From contig NW_003314263.1 of the NCBI RefSeq assembly GCF_000143415.4, positions 2,420,041 through 2,484,040 on the forward strand: DNA of 64,000 nucleotides. Direction: 5' to 3'. The position numbers and the translations under genes are program-made. Positions 12,620 to 25,300 of this stretch are shown here, in pieces; within the stretch, counting starts at the first letter, position 1, and the number at the start of each line of letters is the position of its first letter. The DNA comes from Selaginella moellendorffii. Lineage: Eukaryota; Plantae; Lycopodiophyta. The notes under the pieces were generated by a model. The model saw only the letters and a program-made list of their open reading frames with translations, was not told the origin of the DNA and did not search any database.

Positions 12620-12830
12620 TGGAAAGTGAAGGCTGTGATTGCCAAGAGTTTCCAATCCTTGGCAGCGATGCAACTTCGAAGCTGTGCAACCCTTTGATTG
12701 TCTTATCCAGCTGCCAATTTCATCGTCCAAAAGTATGGGGAATGTGGCAATGTGGATGGCTTGCACAAACCAAACCAATCAGGATTGAGAGAGAGATCGC
12801 TACATTGATCTCGAAAAGAGGAGAAGAACT
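12620..12830 (+). pseudogene. PPR-gene remnant in the NLR 3' flank (second copy at 38364-38560)
   Basis: ANFIVQKYGECGNVDG resembles the PLS-class PPR motif NxLIxMYGKCG. Confidence 0.4.
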
Positions 12831-13075
12831 AAAGGTAAGCATATGCATATGCTTATTGTTATGTTTTCCATGTTTTACAATTTACTTTATACACCAGGTT
12901 TTAAAATACTCAAAACCACGAGAGTAAAGTAATATCCTGAGAATACGATTTGTAAGAAAAAAAGAAAATGTTTCTTCTCCAAACGCTGCTGACGCTGTGA
13001 AATCTTGTGAAATAGTGTAGCATTTGCGCAGATCTTCGAGAACCCAATCGATGTCCACTGAAGGAGCAAGGTTTA

Positions 13076-16000
13076 CTAGGGCCCGTATATCTTGAGGTCC
13101 GGCCGCTCCACAAGCCATGGTGGAACTTTCGTACCTTTTTGGCACCATAGGACTTTGAGCCTGGGAAATAAGCCAAGGCCGTGATTGTCTGAACTCAATT
13201 GGGGCCACACCATATCATCATAAAGCACAAGTTTCTCCAATCCTGGAAGGGATGCAACGGATGATGGAATATTTTCGATACGACTCAAGGCTACATGTCT
13301 TTCATCTGGTCTGTTGGCTCAAAGAAATCATTGGGGAGCTCCTTCCGCAAAGATAATGCGAACCGTTTCACCTTCAGCTGTGATCTCTCGGTTGGCATCA
13401 AGAGTCTCCTCATGTAACCTTCTACTCTCAGTTCATCAAGGTCTTTGGGGAGTTGTGTCACAAAGAGAGGCAAATGCTCCCATGTATTATCAGGAGCCAC
13501 ATGGAATGTTAAGGTCTTCAGGTTTGGAAGAAATGCTGCCAAATCATCCTTGAACTCTGACTGTGCAATGTGTACATTTCGAAGCTCCAGACATTCAAGG
13601 CATGGGAACGATCCATCCAGACTGAAGAACTGGATACCACTGCAGTCTAGGCGAAGTAGTTGTAGCCGTTGAAAGCCCTTTAACCAAGACAGGTCTTTCA
13701 TTGTCTCATTGTTTGTGATCCATAAAAATTTTAGCTGTGGCCATTCAAGGTTTTCGGCATTGTTTTCACCGTCTTGTACCCCGTTGATTGAAAAGTGCTG
13801 AAGCTGGTTGGAATTCTTAAACATTCGCTTCCAGTCAAGTTTGATAGTTGATTCCACCCTAATGTTACATCGTCTTAGATTGACAAGTTGCCACAGGCCG
13901 GTGAAATCACCTAAGTCCATGCTCTTTGCACGCAACACCAATGTCTCAATGTCCACTAGTGCACCAAGGCTGTGAGGTATTTTTATTGTTGCATTGTGGA
14001 GGTCTAACTTTAAATATCTTAGCTTGTGTAGGCTTAAAATTCCACTCAAATCCACAGCTAACTCCTTACAGGATTCAAGCTCCAGATGTTCAAGGCATGG
14101 GAACAATCCATCCAGACTGAAGAACTGGATACCACTGCAGTCTAGGTGAAGTTCTCGTAGCCATTGAAAGCCCTTTAGCCAAGACAGGTCTTTCATTGTC
14201 TCATTGTTTGTGATGGATAAAACTTGTAGCTGCAGCCATTCGAGGCTTTCGGCATTGTTTTCACCGTCTTGTACCCTGTCAATGGTAAAGTCCTCAAGCT
14301 GTTTGGAATTCTTAAACATTCGCTTCCAGTCAAGTTTAATAGTCGATTCCACCGTAATGTCACATCGTCTTAGATTGACGAGTTGCCACGGGCCGGTGAA
14401 ATCACCAAAGTCCATGCTCTTTGCACGCAACACCAGTGTCTCAATGCCCACTAGTGCACCAAGGCTGTGAGGTATTTTTATTGTTGCATCATGGAGGTCT
14501 AACTTTAAATGTCTTAGCTTGTGTAGGCTTGAAATTCCACTCAAATCCACAGCTAACTCCTCATAGGAATGAAGCTCCAGCTCTTCCAAGTTAAATAATT
14601 GGGGCAGTAATGCAAAGTTGAATTTTGAGATCATATTGCATTTAAAAACCTTCAGTGATGTCAAGCTGAAGAGCGCATCTGGCAATTGAGGCCAACCTAA
14701 ATATCGAAGGTCAAGCACTTGAAGGTTTCTCAGCTTGGATATGCTCTCTGGAATAAAACGGACCAAATTATAGCTTCCATTCAAGCTCAATACCTTGACA
14801 TTTTGGATGTGATCTATAATAAGACTGACATCCACACCAGAAATTCCATGGCATCCATCGAGAAGCAAGACATCTCGCACATGAATGTCAGACAAAAGGC
14901 TGCTTGTAACCTTCTTTCCAATGAATGAAACTTTAGAAAAGGTTGGAGAAATCCCAGGTGGACAATCATAGCCAAACAGGCATCCCTTCTCGTGCTCTTC
15001 CTGGGGTGGGTACTTCCCTTTCAAGATTCTTATGCACAGCTTGCGTACCATATCGTGCACAGTTACATACTTATACCATCGATCATCAGTTGTCTTCACT
15101 AGGCATCTTCGTTCCAGTTCACTAACAATCTGCAGAGGCGAGAGTTCTGACCCAACCGCTATCCAACATTTTCTCAGATCATCAAACTGGATTCGCTCAT
15201 CTTCTGGAAACGCAGCCACATAGAGAAAGCACTCTTGCAGCTTTTCATCCTTATTAAAGTGTCCCAGCTCGTCATAGCTAAACTTCAAGCGCTGGAACAT
15301 CCGCTTCTCAATGTCCCCGTCATTCAACAAATGCATCTTCTGATAGCGTTCTTCCCACACCTGCGTCCCTTCATTCCTGTGGACAGCCATGGCACTGCCA
15401 ATCACTTCAAGAAACTTCCAAAACATCTGCTCAAGAAACTTCCAAAACATCATTTTGCTCTCGTCCTCTGATAGCTCATGCACAGGAAGTGCCTTTGCAC
15501 CCAGCATGCTCAAAATGCCTTTCTTTCTGGTTGTTACCAGCACCCGGCTGTAAGAGGACGGCCCTGCTATAAAATCCAGTCCCTTGGCCTGGCTCATTTC
15601 CCACACATCATCCAGTATCAGCAAGACACGAATTCCACGAGCAACATTTTGTGCCAAGTGCTGCACATGCTCAAGGGTGCCTGCATTTTGGGCCCTCTCT
15701 TTCATGCCGCCCCATTCAAGAGCGTCGAGCAGCTGGGCCCTGAGATCCTCCTCCGATGCATCTTTCTTGACAGTGATCCATACAATGTTGTCATGGAAAT
15801 GCTGCCGGACCCTCTGGTCATTGTTCACCCAGCTTGCAAGGGTGGTCTTGCCACACCCTCCCATTCCCAGGAGTCCAAACCATTTCCCCGGGGCTTGTGG
15901 ATCCAGGAGGGCATTCACCACCTCATCCACCTGCTCCCCATGGCGGCCAAACATGTCGTTGGCCTCGGGAATACCACGCCGTACATACTTTACGAGACCT

Positions 16001-16825
16001 CTGTCTTGTGGACAACTCCGTACGGAAAAGCTGGTGCTCGGCTGTATCACCTTCAACTCTTCTCGCTGGTACCTTTCAATGTGCGGGAGGAGATCGTCCT
16101 CGCAAGTGCGTACCAGCTCCAAAATCGCGCCAGATCGCTTCTCCCTGCGCGACAGATCCATCTTTTAGCTTCATTGCTTCAAACATGAATTCGAATAAGC
16201 CTTACTGTGATCCAAGCAGCGCTTGCGCCTTTTTAGTCCATTCAGTCAGTTCAGTCAGCCACGCCTCAGCCTCACCAGAGTAGCGGAAATCTGGATTCCT
16301 GTGCTTGGGAGCATTAAACTTGTCAAGCGTGGCCTGGATTCTGGATGCCCTCTTCTTTAGCTCCTCAATGTGGACATTCAGCTCATGCTCGTGACCTTGG
16401 ATCTGCGACAGGAGATCGTCGTAGGCACTTAAGGACTTCGCGATGTCGTTACTCCGCTTGTACCTATAGGAAGTGGAGAAGTTCAACCAGCTGCCTGCCA
16501 TTTCTACACACACACACACACAAAAGATAAAATGCTACTGTACCCACCGCTTTATGGGGCTCCAGATCCTGTTGTCGCGTGATCCCAAGAGTGCTTGTGC
16601 CTTGGCGTTCCATTTCCTGACACGCTCCAAGCATTTCTCGGCCGCTTGAGAGAACGTGAAGCCAGGATTCCGCTGCTTGTGAACACTGAAAGCGTCGATC
16701 TTGTCCTGGATGTGGGGCGCCTTGTTCTCCAGCGTGTCAATGTTGGCATTGCAGTCCCATATCTTCTTAGCAGGGCCCAGAGCCAAGCCACACAAGGCGC
16801 TTGCCAAGGAGCCCACAACCTCCAT
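13076..16825 (-). pseudogene. NLR copy 1 (tandem-CC NB-ARC-LRR); exons 16825-16548, 16463-16206, 16144-13291; GLPL motif deleted; 7-nt frameshift near 13295 removes the C-terminus
   Basis: P-loop GMGGCGKTT, kinase-2 LLILDDVW, RNBS-B SRVLVTTR, RNBS-D CFLYVAAFPED, VHD (MHD-equivalent), LRRs; the C-terminus continues out of frame at 13288-13076. Confidence 0.88.
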
Positions 16826-16999
16826 GCGTGTAGACCTACAAGCAAAGGTCGTCTCCCAGAACTCTTGGCCTTGGTACCCCCTCTTAAAATGAACAGTAAT
16901 TTTCAGAGAGGTATAAGCTGTTACAAGTGACTTCAGTTTAATTGGAGTTGATTGCTTGCAGTAGAGCGAGTAGTAGAGGGCTTCGTCTCGCTCTTGCAA

Positions 17000-17034
17000 T
17001 GCCAGCTGTGGCTCTCTCTCTCTCTCTCTCTCTC
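17000..17034. repeat. (CT)n microsatellite upstream of NLR1
   Basis: About 11 CT units at 17012-17034; shorter homologue near 60500. Confidence 0.8.
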
Positions 17035-17039
17035 ATTGC

Positions 17040-17310
17040 TCCGACAAGCATGCTCCGACATTGTAAGTTTCTCCAGGAGAGGTAACTTTTGTCGCTTTGT
17101 TTTAGTTGCACACAGATAGGACGCCTTCCCGCTGACTGGGCCACGTGTTTGATTGCTTTGGGTCAAGAAAACGTACTCTGGGTCTGGGAGGTGCAAAATG
17201 GCACAAGAGGCTTGCAGAGTTTGCATTGACAAACTCGTATTGACATCGATTGAAGAGACAACGTTTCCGTCGTTGATAGAGCTTCTAAAGGTGACTCTTC
17301 CCAAAAAGTT
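17040..17310 (+). pseudogene. RAD5A: Small RAD5 HIRAN-domain fragment
   Basis: gctccgacattgtaag...cacagATAGGACGCCTTCCCGCTGACTGGGCC (IGRLPADWA), homologous to 34155-34420. Confidence 0.6.
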
Positions 17311-17637
17311 AACACACGGTTGACTTGGTTGTTCTCATAGCATCATTTTGTTTTGTAGACACCAAAAGAGTTAAATGTCTATACTCGTCGACCACCAGAG
17401 GTAGTAGCAAGCCAACGTGTGATACAATCTGTGACATTTTCTTGAAACAGGGAATGCCACCTTCAAAGTGTTCAAAATTTGAACAGAAGCTTTTGCTTAT
17501 ACTTGATTTTGAGGTTGATCACAGATCACAGTTGCAAATTACAAACTGAAGGTACACATATGCTTATTGCTATACAGCAGGAACCTAAAGGTCTACTAAA
17601 GGCAACTTAACTAAAAGATCGCATCAACTTGGGAAGA

Positions 17638-20600
17638 CACTACTATAAGTTCTTGCAGTTCACAACATTCTCCTAATTATGGTTTTTTTAAGACATAGTT
17701 TTTTTATAGCTTTCAATGTAGTGAATATGGTTTAGCAACCTGATTCTTATCATCCCATTGTTCACTATTTTTGAGACTAGAAATGTATATAGTTTATTTT
17801 GTAATGGAAAACAATATACTTTTGAACTAGGATAGTTTATATGTTTTAATATAGTTAACATGATTTATAATATTAAGGACATCAAAAATAAGTTTAAAAT
17901 TGGGTTTTCCTTATGGATGACATTGTAGTTGATGATTTCATGAACAATAGACTAATGAGAATGGGAAGTGTGTTATCTTCCTTCTAAAACCCATTTTCAA
18001 CTACATATAAAATTATGTATATTCATGTAATTTATCTGTGACAATATTCTTTTGATAAGAGCATAGGTTATGCTGTTTAACAAACGTATGATGTTTTCAG
18101 CTAAAACTTTCATGAAGAAATTCCCACACTTTAGTAAGAAAAAACAAAAAAAGTTATATTATTTTCATTTGCTGCTAAATGTCCTCTCCCAATTCTATAT
18201 GAATTGGGATTGTTGGCTACAACTTCCATCTATATGACATATAAATGTTCCATTGCAAACACTTTTACCACATATTTAATTCTTCCTTGGATCCTCATAA
18301 TATATCTAATTTCCACTTCTATAGAATTATCCTTATTGTTACTTCTATAGGACTGTCTTTATTGTGGGCACCTCTTGGAAATTTGTGATAAACTACATCC
18401 AAAACTAAATAAAAGTAGTTCCAAACATTGTTATAATATGGCACAATGCAAACTTCTCTAAGTAGAGCATTCATTAGTAAGATGCAAGTATGATTAAACT
18501 GGACATTCCTTAAAGTTAGAATATAAAAACCCATGTGGTGATATTTCATTAGAGTTCTTTTTGGTCCACCTGCATAATAATTGAGAAAAAATTATTAATT
18601 TCTACCAAAGGAATAGACAAATAAGCAATTTTTCACTAGTAGTATTTAGCATAGATAAAGACTTCAATTGCATCCCTAATCCTAACTAAGAATATCTTTT
18701 TAATTTGAGTAAAACATATATCACTTGGTAAACCATACAGTTATAAGCATGAAATATAATATGGTTATTACAAACCTAGATTGTATAGATCCATCATAGT
18801 TGTGTTTTGCTTTTGCACTATAGCCTTAACATGTATAACCACAATTCTTAACTCTTCTTCCTCCAAGACATTTTCTTCAACTAAATTATTATTAGATAAA
18901 CTATTCATTATTACCTCCAACATCACTAGTGATAAATATAATATTCTCTTGCAAATCATATCCAAACCTATTTACTGGATTATATGGTTCTAACTTCCCT
19001 CAAATCCTCTCTATCATTTTCCACTGTGCTAGCTTGTGCATTTTTAATGAGAATAAATGTTTGCCTATGCCTATAAAAAGTAGATTTGGTGAAGAAATAA
19101 CCTTTTGTTCCCTTTGTTGCAACATATGATAAACAACAATAATTTTTCTTTCTTTTTTTTGCTTTGGTTTGGTATGAATTATTGAGATGTGCCATCTTCT
19201 GGCCAATCCAATCCTCACATAAGTATTGCAACCAATATTACAATGTAGACACATTCTTGCAAAACTTGTAAAACTTGAAAATACATGATTATCATATGTT
19301 TCTTAGTGTTTTTAAAGTTGTCGGCCTTGTGGTTTTTTTGCCACTTTCTTTCAAAAACATAATATTGTTACAAATATTATTTTCTTGGTATTTTTCAAAT
19401 TTTTATTTAGCAAATTTATGATGGAGGTAGAGGAAATAGATTGCCCGATCCGTGATTCTTTTTAGGATTGAGTTCATATGTAGTGTTGGATAAATATAGA
19501 ATACAAGAAGGTTGAAACTTTTGACTTACTTTTATTGACAAAAGTCTCTTTATTTTGGTATCATGCTTATTTTAACAAAAATCTTTGGCTCTTTGAGATA
19601 AGTAAGGATTATTTGCATTTCTCTAAGACTATAAAGGTTTATTGAAGATTTGGCTCATATCTTAGTGCATCCAGTGTGCTAACCATGTTTTTAAGTGATT
19701 TTTTATTTGGTTTTGGAAATCTTTTATCTACAATTCTCATATGCACTATTGTTTTGTGTTGTTAGATTTTACTGTTGCATTCACAATAACGTTCATTTGT
19801 TTTCAATTGATCTTGACATAATGCAAGCTATATGACTGTATTCAAGGATGCCCCATGACTTGCAAAAGATTTTGGACTTGGAAAATGGTTGAGGTTGGGA
19901 TCAGTGGCATGGACAGCATGCTACTGTTTTACATTATAGCAAAGTCCACCCACCATAGTGTTATTTAGCCTGCAAAATAATTAAAACTGATAAAGTGATA
20001 TTTTTAATTATACATTTTTTAAGATAGTTATGTGATTAGGGTATAAGTTATGACTTGACGTTTGGAAGAAACTCCATACCCCAAAAGTAATTGAAAAGAA
20101 AAAATGATTCAATGATGCAACTATGGAGATAGAAAGTCTCTCTAGACCACAATATTAGATATAGCAACAAATAAATTTGATCTTAGACAAAGTGAAGAAA
20201 AATTTTCTAGTGCACATAGTTATGAGAGCATAAAATATTGAGTGAAGATTTAACTAAAATTAATATAGATTTGTTAATCAATTTGTATATATTTTTTACA
20301 TTTAAACTTCCCACATATGAACTAGGGTTTAGTGGGCAGTGAAATTGTAGAGGTGCTAAATTTTGTATCTGCTCATCATTCTGGTTGAATTGGCAAGTTG
20401 AGATATGGTAAACAATAAGTGAAAATGCATAAAATGAATCCTTTTTTTTTTTTTCTCAAATGTTAATAACCCAAGCAAAATTGAATGGACTATGTAGAAA
20501 GGGATTGTGTAAATATATTGCGAGTGTTTGTTTAGCTGGAGTGTTGCCAAACTTCCTCAGTAATGGATTTTTTGGAAAGGACCATTTCGAGCTCAATATT

Positions 20601-22396
20601 CTAACATGGATGAACATTCAAGTAAAAACATGGGATGCAATCCAATTGATGAAGATGCTCAAGAATCTCAATAATTCATCAGAGTAGGTATGTGACGAAA
20701 AGCAAACCCAAAATGAAAGCCTTCACAAAGACAATAGTGTCAGTTAACACCCACTTATGAACAAAACACACTAAGTCAAGGATTATGAAAGTGGCAACCA
20801 AGGTCTTTAACACCAATTTTCAATGTTAAGAAGTACTCTAAGCACTTATTAGATCTCCCATTAACTTTACTTAGCAAGAATCTACTTTATAAGTTATTAT
20901 AAATCTTCCTCAACTACAAAAGAGGATACTTCAAATGTGAAAGACAGGTAGAGTAGAGAATTAAGCTAATTGAGCGAATTTACGAGTGTAAATTGGACAA
21001 CCATTCCTTTTATGTTTTTGAGCTTAAGATAAAAGAAACCTTCATTAGATTGTAGCATTGACTTAAGAAAGCAGTGGTTGCTAAGATAGAGCAAATAAAG
21101 GAGTTCATAAAGTATTAGTATGACTAAAGTGTTGTGGAGCTTCTTGCATTCAAATCGAATATGAGGTTAATATTGATAGATCTTAAGTTTTTGAAGGTAT
21201 AAACCACATTATTTTTAATGCAAAAAACTTCATTGTTTTCAATATTGCTTTTGCAAGATCTTCAAATAGCAAAGATAAAAATTTTAGATAAATGGCAATG
21301 AGTTAAAACTATAATAGTTAAGAAAGTTTATAGTGGTACACCCATTCGAAAGTACAGAGTCCTACAAATGAGGATAATTTCATTCATAAATAAGGATTTA
21401 TTGGCTAATATAAGGGTTCTTTCCGCATGTGAGGTAAATCTTTTTTAAAATGGCATTCCAAAATTATACTCAACATTGAAGAAAGAGGTATGCATTCATT
21501 TTAAAATTTAAGCTAAACATTATAGAAAATGTATTAATCCAAGTGCATAAGGGCCATTGTTATTGGCAAGGATAATGAGAAAACTATTAAAGAGGTATTT
21601 AAAAAAATTAATTTTATAGTTTTTAATTTTTGTTTGTGTAGTTCCAGATAAAATCATATGGCAACGGACATGAGGAGCAACCTTTATACCTTAATAGACA
21701 GGATTGATGAAGAAATAAAGTGTGAAATTATGATCAAAGAAGAAAAAAAATAATAGCTTAATTGTATATATGGATTATTTATTTTTTGGCTCTATTTAGA
21801 AATAGAGAAACACTGAAAGTGCCTTCTTAAGCAATTGTTTATTAAAATATGAATAATATTATAAAAAAATTCTTCACTAGAAAAGAAAGATGTTGACAAA
21901 ATAGAAGATTTGGCAAACAACACATAAAAAAGAGAGGTTTATTACTTTTTGGTTTGTATATATTAATTATAACTAATTTGTATAATTTTGTAACTTCCAT
22001 CTATAATGGTAGGAGCCCAACCAATACCCACAAATACTCATGAGGAAGTGTGTTGATTATTAGGCTTGTATATATTATATAATATAACTTTATTTACTTT
22101 TCTATGTAACATTAGTAATATTGCAAAACAATGAAAGAGTTCAGCTAAATGATGAGACTACTCTTGCTGTGTATGAGGCAAAAGAAGTGAAAGACATTGT
22201 CAAGACACAAAAAGAAATTAATAACTATCAATAATAATAACAAATCAATGTAAGTAGTTTTATTTTTTTCACTCAAACTTAGTAAATACTTGCAAAAACT
22301 TTTTAAGCTTAACATAGCAACTTTAAGAAAATTGATGGGTTTGTTCCTTAAATCTAAACCTTCTTTTTTTAACATGAAGTAATTTTACAAGATTAA
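17638..22396. mobile_element. AT-rich degenerate repeat, possibly a CACTA-like DNA transposon (may continue at 31060-31580)
   Basis: 19460-21390 recurs, diverged, at 61095-62920; CACTACTATAA at 17638; ATGGTTT/ATAGTTT motifs near 17680-17860 mirrored by AAACCAT/AAACTAT near 31200-31580; no transposase recognised. Confidence 0.4.
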
Positions 22397-25300
22397 TGTA
22401 AGCGACTAATTTTTTCATTCTACTTTAGTCACTTAACCACACCTTCGACCACTTGGAGGAGTCTCATTCACATCCTCCTTAAGTCCAATTCAGGATTTGG
22501 GACTTGCTAGCCCCGAGAATAGTATCCATGCCACTCATCCTTTGCACTTGGTCCAAGTGCTCCACGTGTCCGTCCCAAGACCAACACCCCAAGGTACCAC
22601 TGACATACCAGCCCATTATGCTAAGGCCATGCCCCTTTACCTTGGTCACACCGGTGGTCCAACACCACATGCATTGCAGTCCCGTCTCTCAATGACTGGG
22701 CCATCCATTCAAGAGTGACCATCCAAGGTCCACTCCTTAGCATCCTTAAGATGCCTGCAGACGTGGGGAGTTGCCTTCCCCAATATCCTTTTTACAATCC
22801 CCACCAAGTCCCTTTTCCGTCCATGGTCGAGTTTGCCTACACTGCCATTGGGACAAGGCCCACTGGCCCGACCACTAAGTCCCACTGTCCTCTGGGACTT
22901 TCTCACCACATGACCATATCCTTGGTCACCAGGGACTTTGGGACAACATTTCGGAACACTGTGGCCTTACGCGAGCCTCGTGGGTACTCTTCCCGCTTTC
23001 CACCTTTGGGTGTTTTAGCCATGGGCTTAGAGTGAGGTTCCATTGAGCCACTCTAGGTATCCAAATAGGTAGTGCCACCCACACTTGGATTGGGAGCATC
23101 GACCATTCAATCTCCCGAGGGAATTAAAGCTGACTCTTGAACACTCCACCAAACTACCCAACTTGACAGTCCGTATTCACTCTAGCCTTGGACCTCCCAG
23201 TGGTTATCCCATCACCCAACACCTGGGTACAGCCTTCCTGGACCAAACTGGCCTTTCCTGGCCAAACTAGCTCCACTGGAGTCCTCCCCCTTACTATACT
23301 TTTGGAGCTCACCAAACCCCCTAGGGTTTGGGAGACGAACGCTTTGGGCTTCCACCTTCTTAGACTCAAACTCGACTCGGACTCGGACTCAAACTCAGAC
23401 TTGGACTCGGGCTTGGGCTCAGTCTCGGCCTTGGCCTCGGTCTCGGCCTCGGCCTCGGTCTCGGTCTTGGTCTCGGTCTCGGTCTTGGTCCCGGTCTCGG
23501 TCTCAGTCTCAACTTCAGACTCCATCTCGGGTCCATCTCGGACTCCATCTCGGACTCCATCTTGGACTCCATCTCGGGTCCATCTCAGACTCCATCTCGG
23601 ACTCCATCTCGAACTCCATCTCGGGTCCATCTCGGACTCTATCTTGGACTCCATCTCAGGTCCATCTCGGACTCCATCTCGGTCCATCTCGGACTCCATC
23701 TTGGGTCCATCTTGGACTCCATCTCGGGTCTATCTCGGACTCCATCTCGGACTCCATTTCGGGTCCATCTCAGACTCCATCTCAGACTCTTTCACATGTC
23801 ATGTGTTAGTCCTCTTGTGTCCCTTTTCTAGAGACTCACTTATTGCTCGCTTCATGCTCATTTTTTGAGCACTTCGTTGGGAGTTCCACTTTCGCTCTCG
23901 ACCTTTCAAGTCAGAGCCTTTTAGTCCAAATGTGTTATGCTCGTTTGGCTTTCGCTTCGGCCACTACCACATGGCACTCTTTTGGCTCCACTTTGGGGCT
24001 TAGGGATTTATGTTTCACAACTCCACCACCCATAGATGAAGTTCGATGTCCTTATCAAACGATAACCATTTTATAAAGTAACATGAGCATGTATTACCTT
24101 TTCCATCCTTGGCACCTAGCTAATATTCGTCAATGGTTTGACACCAAAAGCTTGCCATGCCTTGTCCAACCTCTAAAGAGCATAGTGTTTTTGACATAGA
24201 GACTCATTTGACCACCTTAGGTGGTTCTCTCCCTTTTATTGGTTTAGCTCTCGCTAAACCCATTAGAGACACCTTCTTTAGCTCAATCCCACTACTCATT
24301 CTCGAGTAGTTTCAACTTCTATTGACATAACCAATTCACCTTGGAAATTTTAATTTTGACTTCTCGAAATCAATTTCCTTGGTGTTTCCAACACCTTTCA
24401 TTGCACATATTGTGCAACTTCATTTCCCCATCCTAGGAAGTTTTCCACTTGAGAGCACCATCATCCTCCTTTCTATTTTGTGCCACCTTTGGCACCAAAT
24501 TCTAGCTATTATAAGTTGTGTTAGAGTTGTCCATAGCCCTATCATTTAGCTACTTTGCCACTCCCTCTCTTGAAGGTTTCACCTTTGCCAACTTGGAGGA
24601 ATTGAGAATCCATCCTTTGAAGCACACTTCGTTTTTCACAATCCGTTAGCATCTAACACATTAATGTCCCATGCCTAACTTTGCCATTTGGATTCCTTCC
24701 AATGAACTCCATGGCCCACACTTGGCCACTAGTTTTTTGCTTTTATCCATTGATTGTTGCACTGAGCAACATAATATCACTACCTCCATTCTCAAGGTAT
24801 CCTTTGGTTCCATGGCAAAGGCTCTACTTTGCTAAGTCCAGAAGGTGCTCACCCCTAGTAGGTCTCTTTAGCATTTTTTGCTACGGTCTCTATCCACAAC
24901 TCAATTTTGTGACCCTCCTATATATCTCTCCTAGAGACTACTTTCTTGGATTATCGTATTGGCACAACTGATTTCCCTTTAGTTGTCCTTCCCACTTGGT
25001 CACCTTGACCAAGTCACACCATTATCAATAGTTCAAATCAACACTTTGAACTAGGAATTATATTCCTTAACCTAAACAAAGATTTTGTCCTTGTTTAACA
25101 ATAAGATCACTTAGTGACCTCATCTTGACCCCTTAACAAGTCTACCAATAGGGACTAGGTTTTCCAGACCCTTTTTAAATTGTTGACTATGACCCCGGGG
25201 GCATCCCCCACACTTAGTAGTGCGCCCAAGCCAACCCTTAGCCAAGGATCCATAGCAACTAAGATTGGATGTCCCCATCTCATTCACCACGTCTTTAGTG

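Noticed and set aside
16145-16161. MDLSRR as the true NLR start codon
   Set aside because: This ATG lies inside a predicted 61-nt intron, and two conserved upstream exons splice in frame in all four copies
15478-16283. Conserved antisense ORFs over the NB-ARC (also near 41218, 50546 and 59168)
   Set aside because: Conservation follows from recent NLR duplication; non-ATG starts; interrupted in some copies; no recognisable domain
16202-16999. Upstream ORFs as separate small CC-only genes paired with the NLR
   Set aside because: Phase-compatible GT-AG sites and the lack of intergenic space make them exons 1 and 2 of the NLR
23500-23790. Regular short repeats as a CRISPR-like array
   Set aside because: Head-to-tail repeats with no unique spacers, inside a plant LTR, with no cas genes
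23154-23868. Long ORFs with PRPRPR, ETETET, LGLGLG or SISDSIS repeats (also 28786-29331 and 30129-30866)
   Set aside because: They are translations of the stop-free hexamer/12-mer minisatellite inside the LTRs, open in several frames on both strands
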